Shown here piece by piece: positions 19,047 through 25,381 of a stretch of 25,381 bases of DNA. The notes below the pieces were generated by a model. It saw only the letters and a program-made list of their open reading frames with translations. It was not told where the DNA came from and made no database searches. A program made the translations under genes and the position numbers. The stretch is from Chloroflexota bacterium (GTDB taxonomy: Bacteria; Chloroflexota; Dehalococcoidia; Lucifugimonadales; JADFKI01), in contig JAQBUT010000035.1 of NCBI GenBank assembly GCA_027623195.1, forward strand, positions 1 through 25,381. Direction: 5' to 3'. Within the stretch, counting starts at the first letter, position 1, and every line of letters starts with the position of its first letter.

Positions 19047-19127
19047 CGGTGCTATCTCAGGAGAGCATGGTTATGCAAGGACTGGATGCCATCTGGGAAA
19101 TATCGGCTTGAGGGAGGTTAGTTTTCA

Positions 19128-22100
19128 ATGCCCAGTGAGCGTATTCAACAGCAGATTGACCGCCTTCTTGATGAGGCTGTAGAGGCCCTTTCCAGATTCG
19201 ACTGGGAAGCGGTTGCCGAACGCGCCAAAGCAGTACTAAGATTCGACTCTTCGAACGCCGACGCTATTTCATTTCTTGATGCTGCTCAGGGTGGTGCCGA
19301 CGGGCAGGAACAACCTCTGGCCACTCAGGAATCTCCGAACCGGGCTGCATCACCTTCTGAATCTGAGCCCACATCCTTCTCAGACGGCCGGTACCAGGTC
19401 AAGCGCTTCCTGGGCGAGGGCGGTAAGAAGAAAGTCTACCTGGCCCACGACGAGCTGCTGGACAGGGACATCGCCTTCGCACTAATCAAGTCCGAGGGCT
19501 TGGACGCCATATCCCGCGAGCGCATCACCCGAGAGGCGCAGGCCATGGGCAGGCTTGGCTCGCATCCCCATATCGTTACCGTGCTGGACCTTGGCGAACA
19601 GAACGGCCAACCCTACATGGTCATTGAGCTTCTTGCCGGCGGCGACGTAGAAGGCGTCGTGGAAGACGCACCAGACCACAAACTGCCTTTAGAGCAGGCG
19701 GTACGCATCGCCATCGAGACTTGCAGAGGCCTGGAGTTCGCCCACAGCAAGGGCATCATCCACCGGGACCTGAAGCCCGGCAACGTCTGGCTCACCGGCG
19801 ACGGCACCGCCAAGATAGGCGACTTCGGCCTGGCCGTGGCGATTGACAGGAGCAGGCTAACCCAGGCAGGCATGATGGTGGGCACCGTAAGCTACATGCC
19901 GCCAGAGCAGGCCATGGGAGGTGAGGTAACACCCAAGGCAGACCTCTACTCTCTGGGCGCAATGCTGTACGAGATGGTGGCTGGCCGACCGCCATTTCTC
20001 GGCGACGACAACATCGCCATCATAGGTCAGCACATCAACACGCAGGCCGTGGCCCCCACGTGGCACCGCAGCGACTGCCCCCGTCCGCTGGAAGCCCTCA
20101 TCATGCGGATGCTGGCCAAGAACCCCGACGAGAGGCCAGCCAACGCTGGAGATGTGCGGGTGGCACTGGAGGCAATCGATCTGTCCGCCGCCAAATCCAT
20201 AGAGCAATCAGTAAACGAGACCCATGTGCTAGATAGCCTTGCCGGAGACGTCTTCGTAGGCAGGCAGGCCGAGATGGGCCAGCTAAAAGCAGCGCTGGAG
20301 GACGCCCTGTCGGGTAAGGGCCGCATGGTCACCCTGGTAGGCGAGCCAGGCATAGGCAAGACCCGGACAGCGCAGGAGCTAGCCACCTATGCTGGACTTC
20401 GTGGCTGTCAGGTGTTGTGGGGACGCTGCTACGAGGAGCAGGGCGTGCCTCCCTACTGGCCCTGGGTACAAGCCATCCGCAGCTACGTCCGGGAGCGCAC
20501 CCCCGAAGAACTCAGAAGTGAGATGGGTTCCGGTGCCGCCGACATCGCCGAGGTCATCTCCGATGTAAGAGCAAAACTCCCTGATTTAGAAAGTCCGCAG
20601 CAGTTGGACAGTCCGGAGCAGGCCCGTTTCAGGCTCTTCGACTCCATTGCGGCCTTTCTGAAGACCGCCAGTCAGAGAAAGCCCATCGTGCTTATGCTGG
20701 ACGACCTGCACTGGTCGGACAAGCCATCACTAATGTTTCTGGAATTTCTCACACGGGAACTGGCCAACACCAGGCTGTTGGTTGTCGGCACGTACAGGGA
20801 CGTGGAGCTAAGCCGTCAGCACCCCCTGGCCGAGACGCTAGGGGAGCTGACCCGGCAAAGGCTTTTCGAGCGGGTGCTGTTAAGAGGACTATCACAAGCA
20901 GACGTAAGCCGGTTCATCGAAGTCTCCTCTGGAATCACGGCGCCCCTCACACTGGCCCGCGCCGTGTACACCCAGACCGAGGGCAATCCGTTGTTCGTCA
21001 CCGAGGTAGTTCGGCTGCTGGTGCAGGAGGGCGAGCTTACGCAGGACCGCGTCCGTGACCGCGACTCCTGGGAGATACGTGTGCCCGAGGGAGTGCGGGA
21101 GGTCATAGGGCGACGCCTGAACCGCCTCTCCCAACGCTGCAACGAGACGCTGACGGTAGCAGCCGTGGTGGGCCGTGAGTTTACCCTGACCCAACTGGAC
21201 CGGCTAATAGACGACTTGACCCAGGACATGGTGCTGGACGTGCTGGAAGAGGCGCTAGCAGCCCGGCTCATCGAGGAGCTACCAACATCGGTGGGCCTCT
21301 ACCAGTTCACCCACGCCCTCATGCAGGAGACGCTCATCAACGAGCTGAGCCTGACCCGCCGCGTCCGCCTCCACGCCCGCATCGCCGAAACGCTGGAGGC
21401 GCTATACGGCGACGATGCAGAGTCCCATGCGGCAGAGCTGGCCCACCACTTCGCCCAGGCCGAGGCCGTGTTGGGGCCTGAAAAGTTGGCGCGGTGGTCA
21501 AAAACGGCGGGCGAACGAGCTCTGGCTTCGCTGGCCTACGAGGATGCAGAAATATTGTTCGCTGGTGCGATTGCGGCTATAGGTGATATCGACACGAAGA
21601 AAGAAACTGCTGAAATCTATTACGGTTTGGGCCGCTCTCAGGTTGCACAAGGTAAGGAAACGTCAGCTGTATCAAATTTTCGCCGTTCATTCGAATACTA
21701 CGTTCAGGTCGGGGACAATGCGAATGCAGTGGCTGTTGTCGAACATCCCTACGCCGCATCGTCGGCAGTACTCATGACTGACTTGCTTTCCCAGGCGTTG
21801 AAACTTGTCCGCCCTGGTTCGATTGAGTCCGCCCGTGTCCAGGCCTCCTATGGTTTTTCTGTTGGTGTATCCGGCAGCGGATATGAGGAAGGCATGCGGT
21901 ATTTCCGCGACTCCCTGGAAATTGCCAGGCGAGAGAAGGACCGAGCTTTGGAACGGCGGATTTTGGCAGCCTCAGCCAACGTGGATGGCTTTCACGGTGA
22001 ATGGAAGAAATGTCTTGAAAGCAGTCTTGAATCCCTTAAATTATCATCTGAGGCTCATGAATACCCCATCGACAGACTTCGCGCCCACCTTTGGGTCATC

Positions 22101-22928
22101 ATCAGCTCGGCCACCCTAGGTGATGCGAAACTGGCAATCGAACATGCAGATGAAATGCTGACCCATGCCGAGTCGCTACGCGACATCACCTGGGTCCATA
22201 GGGCAATTCTCACGAATCTGTGCCTTGCAGTAGCTAAGGGGAAATGGGAAGACGGCCAACTTCTGGCTGAAAGATGTTGGCATCCGTACCACCAAGAAAG
22301 AGCGAACGACTTGCAGGGACTTACGGCGTACCAGACTGGTGCTAATAAAGTTGGCGAAGCATACCTGAATAGCTGGCCGGAATCACCAGTCTTCTTCGAA
22401 GGGTTTGACTGTTTGATCCGGGCGCTGGTTTCGAAGATTACAGGTAGCGAGAAGGATTTTGAAGAAATTAAAATTCGAGCTAATAGGATTAAAACTAATC
22501 CTGATTCGAGGCCCTTGGGTTTCGTGGCCGTTAATGCGGCTCTCGGTTTAATTGCGACCGTCAGCAATGATGTTCATCTAGCTTCTAGCCAATATCTTGC
22601 ATTAAGCCCAGACCGGAACACCTTCTGTTTACAAGCCGTTGTTAGCCATGATCGCCTTCTCGGACTGCTAGCCCAAACAATAGGCAACCTCGACGACGCT
22701 CAATCCCACTTCGAAGATGCCATCGCCTTTTGCCGCAAGGCAGGCTACCGTCCCGAGCTAGCGTGGTCCCTGGGCGACTACGCCGACATGCTGCTGCAGC
22801 GCGGCGAAGACGGCGACAAGGAAAAGGCCACCGCCATGCTGGACGAGTCCCTGGCCATATCCACCGAGTTGGGCATGCGGCCCCTCATGGAGCGCGTGCT
22901 GTCCCGGCGGGAGATACTGAAGGCGTAA
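19128..22928 (+). CDS. Ser/Thr protein kinase - STAND (AAA_16-type) NTPase - helical/TPR-like repeat protein
   Basis: GEGGKKKV, HRDLKPGN, DFG, YMPPE kinase motifs; FVGR, GEPGIGKT Walker A, LMLDDLHW Walker B, TEGNPLFV, YQFTHAL; helical C-terminus. Confidence 0.93.
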   Translation: MPSERIQQQIDRLLDEAVEALSRFDWEAVAERAKAVLRFDSSNADAISFLDAAQGGADGQEQPLATQESPNRAASPSESEPTSFSDGRYQVKRFLGEGGKKKVYLAHDELLDRDIAFALIKSEGLDAISRERITREAQAMGRLGSHPHIVTVLDLGEQNGQPYMVIELLAGGDVEGVVEDAPDHKLPLEQAVRIAIETCRGLEFAHSKGIIHRDLKPGNVWLTGDGTAKIGDFGLAVAIDRSRLTQAGMMVGTVSYMPPEQAMGGEVTPKADLYSLGAMLYEMVAGRPPFLGDDNIAIIGQHINTQAVAPTWHRSDCPRPLEALIMRMLAKNPDERPANAGDVRVALEAIDLSAAKSIEQSVNETHVLDSLAGDVFVGRQAEMGQLKAALEDALSGKGRMVTLVGEPGIGKTRTAQELATYAGLRGCQVLWGRCYEEQGVPPYWPWVQAIRSYVRERTPEELRSEMGSGAADIAEVISDVRAKLPDLESPQQLDSPEQARFRLFDSIAAFLKTASQRKPIVLMLDDLHWSDKPSLMFLEFLTRELANTRLLVVGTYRDVELSRQHPLAETLGELTRQRLFERVLLRGLSQADVSRFIEVSSGITAPLTLARAVYTQTEGNPLFVTEVVRLLVQEGELTQDRVRDRDSWEIRVPEGVREVIGRRLNRLSQRCNETLTVAAVVGREFTLTQLDRLIDDLTQDMVLDVLEEALAARLIEELPTSVGLYQFTHALMQETLINELSLTRRVRLHARIAETLEALYGDDAESHAAELAHHFAQAEAVLGPEKLARWSKTAGERALASLAYEDAEILFAGAIAAIGDIDTKKETAEIYYGLGRSQVAQGKETSAVSNFRRSFEYYVQVGDNANAVAVVEHPYAASSAVLMTDLLSQALKLVRPGSIESARVQASYGFSVGVSGSGYEEGMRYFRDSLEIARREKDRALERRILAASANVDGFHGEWKKCLESSLESLKLSSEAHEYPIDRLRAHLWVIISSATLGDAKLAIEHADEMLTHAESLRDITWVHRAILTNLCLAVAKGKWEDGQLLAERCWHPYHQERANDLQGLTAYQTGANKVGEAYLNSWPESPVFFEGFDCLIRALVSKITGSEKDFEEIKIRANRIKTNPDSRPLGFVAVNAALGLIATVSNDVHLASSQYLALSPDRNTFCLQAVVSHDRLLGLLAQTIGNLDDAQSHFEDAIAFCRKAGYRPELAWSLGDYADMLLQRGEDGDKEKATAMLDESLAISTELGMRPLMERVLSRREILKA

Positions 22929-22956
22929 GCAATACGCCAGTCAGCTCTTATGCCAC

Positions 22957-23146
22957 GTAAGGTGAAGTTCGGCCTGAAACGGCCGTTTAGAGCCTTTCCA
23001 AGTCGATGGGAACTCCATTCCTCTAGATGAGGTGAATTTGAGTGCGGTTTGTGGCGTTTGACAACACCGGAACGAGGTCATAAAGTCTGTATTATCTCAA
23101 GATGGTGTGTATATGAATGCGCTGCAATCCATCTGGGAAATCCCTG
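22957..23146 (+). repeat. Second IS1380 right end: 108-bp repeat copy 2, diverged tail and IR
   Basis: 22957-23064 matches copy 1; 23065-23141 aligns ungapped to 19025-19101 at 51/77; retains TTGACA-N17-TAAAGT and CCATCTGGGAAAT (23129-23141). Confidence 0.85.
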
Positions 23147-23486
23147 TAAAAATTGATACCTGTTCCTGATAATGCAATCATTATGGCGAATCCTGTAGTA
23201 AATTGAATAAGAACTATTAACGAATCTGGGGGACGCGGCAAATGGCCCGCCGCTTTGACGACCCACACAGAGGGAGCGGACCTTCCTAAGAGGCGAGGAA
23301 TCCATGTGATTACGCTCGGAAAACTCCTCGCCAGAACTGCGGGTCGCAGCGCCTTACCGAGTTCTCTGATGACTAGCTTAAGCGTTCACGGGTCCAGCTC
23401 AGAGTAGCCTGACTTACCTACAGGACCGTCTCTGACTTAATAGCTCGTCGCGAGACTGGAAGCGGAGCGAAAGCATTAGGTGAGGG

Positions 23487-23861
23487 GTGAAGGATCTGAC
23501 CGACAGGAAAGGAGCTTTGGGAAAATCGCAGGGACCGGTTAACTTCGGCGAGATACTAGAGGCCTGCTTGTTTTGCGCGGACGGTGGCGGCACATTCCAC
23601 ATAGGCGATGTCAAAACCAGGGTCTTGGACAACCATTTGGGGTCACATGCTCAGTATTCAGACGAGCGGAGCTTCAGAAATTCGATCCAAGGACGTATCG
23701 AGAAGAGGGCGTCGGGTAGGGCGGAATCGGTACCACCATATTACTTCGTCGGGCTTAGTCGCGGCTTCTATCAAATTACTGAATACGGACATGACGCATT
23801 AAAGGCGTACAAAAAGAATGGCTATTGGGTAGGCTCCCCGAGTTATCACGGACGACCGTAG
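23487..23861 (+). CDS. Small winged-helix-like protein (Mrr N-terminal-like)
   Basis: GTG after AGGTGAGG RBS; SRGFYQITEYGHDAL wing motif; directly upstream of hsdM. Confidence 0.55.
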   Translation: MKDLTDRKGALGKSQGPVNFGEILEACLFCADGGGTFHIGDVKTRVLDNHLGSHAQYSDERSFRNSIQGRIEKRASGRAESVPPYYFVGLSRGFYQITEYGHDALKAYKKNGYWVGSPSYHGRP

Positions 23862-23921
23862 GGGGAAGCCTCTCTTAGGAAGTGCTAACACTTACCTTCC
23901 CAAAAAGGAAACGAAACACCA

Positions 23922-25381
23922 ATGGCAGTCAAGAAATCAGAACTCTACTCTTCGCTTTGGGCTAGCTGCGACGAACTTCGTGGCGCAATGGACGCTTCTC
24001 AGTACAAAGACTATGTACTGGTGCTGCTCTTCGTGAAGTATGTAAGCGACAAGTACTCTGGAGTTCCCTATTCTTCCATCACGGTCCCGGAGGGAGCCAG
24101 CTTTAAGGACATGGTAGCCCTGAAAGGCTCTAGCGACATCGGCGAAAAAATAAACACGAAGATCATCGGACCGCTCGAAAAAGCAAACAACCTGTCAGGC
24201 ATGCCGGACTTTAACGACCCCACCAAGCTCGGCACCGGCAAAGAGATGGTGGATCGGCTCTCCGACCTTATCGCCATATTCGAGAACCCGGCGCTCAATT
24301 TCTCCAGCAATCACGCTGGTGATGACGACATCATGGGCGATGCTTACGAATATCTGATGCGCCACTTCGCCACTGAGAGTGGCAAGAGTAAGGGGCAATT
24401 TTACACTCCTTCTGAAGTAAGCCGCATCATGGCGCAGATCATCGGCATTCACGATGCGAAAACGACAAATGCCACAACCGTCTATGACCCCACATGCGGA
24501 TCAGGTTCGCTGCTCTTGAAAGTGGGCGACCAGGCCAGTGCACAGGTCACCCTCTACGGGCAGGAGAGCGACGCCGCCACCGCTGGCCTCGCCCGCATGA
24601 ACATGATTTTGCACGACAACCCTACCGCGCTCATCAGACAGGGTAATACTCTTGCGAATCCTCTGTTTACCGAAGCCGGACAGCTTAAGACGTTTGACTA
24701 CGTGATTGCGAATCCACCGTTTAGCGACAAGCGTTGGGGCACCGGATTTAACCCGCTTGAGGACATCCACGAGAGGTTCAAGCTTTTCGGAGTGCCTCCT
24801 GCGAAACAGGGCGACTACGCGTACCTTCTGCACATCATCAGGTCTCTCAAGAGTCAGGGTAAAGGCGCCTGTATCTTGCCGCACGGGGTGCTGTTTCGGG
24901 GCAATGCCGAGGCTGCCATACGAAGTAACTTGATTCGCAGGGGCTACATTAAGGGCATCATCGGGCTACCTGCCAACCTCTTTTACGGCACCAGCATACC
25001 CGCCTGCATCGTCGTGGTGGACAAGGAAGGTGCTTCTACGAGACAGGGTATCTTTATGATTGATGCCTCTCGGAACTTCATCAAAGAAGGCCCCAAGAAC
25101 CGCCTGCGCGAGATGGACATTCACAAGATTGTCGATATCTTCAACAATCAGACTGAGGAGCCCAAGTATTCCAGGATAGTGAGCTTTGAGGAGATTGAAA
25201 AGAACGAGTTCAACCTCAACATACGCCGTTACATCGACGGCCAGCAGGCTGAGGATGTCCAGGATATTGAGGGGCACTTGCGTGGTGGCATACCGGAGTC
25301 TGACGTGGACGAGCTTGAACAATACTGGTCGGTCTGCCCACAACTTCGAGGAACCCTTTTTACAGAGATGCGCCCCGGGTA
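23922..25381 (+). CDS. hsdM: Type I restriction-modification methyltransferase subunit M (partial, runs off the window)
   Basis: MAVKKSELYSSLWASCDELRGAMDASQYKDY, GQFYTP, YDPTCGSGSLL, ANPPF, LPHGVLFRG, FNLNIRRY; absent from the ORF track because it has no stop in the window. Confidence 0.96.
   Translation, partial: MAVKKSELYSSLWASCDELRGAMDASQYKDYVLVLLFVKYVSDKYSGVPYSSITVPEGASFKDMVALKGSSDIGEKINTKIIGPLEKANNLSGMPDFNDPTKLGTGKEMVDRLSDLIAIFENPALNFSSNHAGDDDIMGDAYEYLMRHFATESGKSKGQFYTPSEVSRIMAQIIGIHDAKTTNATTVYDPTCGSGSLLLKVGDQASAQVTLYGQESDAATAGLARMNMILHDNPTALIRQGNTLANPLFTEAGQLKTFDYVIANPPFSDKRWGTGFNPLEDIHERFKLFGVPPAKQGDYAYLLHIIRSLKSQGKGACILPHGVLFRGNAEAAIRSNLIRRGYIKGIIGLPANLFYGTSIPACIVVVDKEGASTRQGIFMIDASRNFIKEGPKNRLREMDIHKIVDIFNNQTEEPKYSRIVSFEEIEKNEFNLNIRRYIDGQQAEDVQDIEGHLRGGIPESDVDELEQYWSVCPQLRGTLFTEMRPG

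Larger units (their letters stand above)
16448..19106 (+). mobile_element. IS1380-family element, internally deleted and carrying integron DNA
   Basis: Terminal IRs CCCACATTTCCCAGATGG (16448-16465) and CCATCTGGGAAATATCGG (19089-19106), 16/18 match (21/24 if extended to 16442/19112); 5' and 3' transposase fragments inside; no target duplication seen. Confidence 0.75.

Noticed and set aside
16453..23141. CCATCTGGGAAAT occurring three times as a transcription-factor operator or ncRNA leader motif
   Set aside because: Orientation and position around the transposase fragments are better explained as IS1380 terminal inverted repeats
23228..23480. tmRNA, RNase P or group I intron
   Set aside because: Diagnostic motifs (tRNA-like ends, GAGGAAAGUCC, P7 partner) not found
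24068..25343. Short ORFs listed by the track in this region
   Set aside because: They overlap the clear plus-strand hsdM frame starting at 23922
1..25381. CRISPR array, rRNA or tRNA genes
   Set aside because: No regularly spaced repeats or recognisable stable-RNA sequences seen

Overview
Bacterial chromosomal window; gene content and protein style suggest Chloroflexota (Dehalococcoidia/SAR202-like, inferred only). The left ~15.9 kb is mostly housekeeping: uvrA, an HpcH/HpaI aldolase, two MscS channels (one frameshifted twice), comEA, pheS-pheT-moeA, an HTH protein with an acidic tail and a small basic protein. Two accessory genes sit among them: an eCIS/polymorphic-toxin-like ORF and a DUF4238 gene. 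The right ~9 kb is a layered mobile/defence-like island. An IS1380-family element (terminal IRs at 16448-16465 and 19089-19106) has lost the middle of its transposase. In its place is an integron fragment on the minus strand: a possible intI stub, an attI-like site, a GIY-YIG cassette, a frameshifted cassette, two clear attC sites and a third-cassette stub. The IS right end carries an outward TTGACA-17-TATAGT promoter reading into a 1266-aa Ser/Thr kinase-STAND NTPase-helical repeat gene with a compositionally distinct sensor region. A second copy of the IS right end (108-bp near-perfect direct repeat plus IR) follows that gene. A small winged-helix gene and a type I R-M hsdM (cut by the window edge) close the window.
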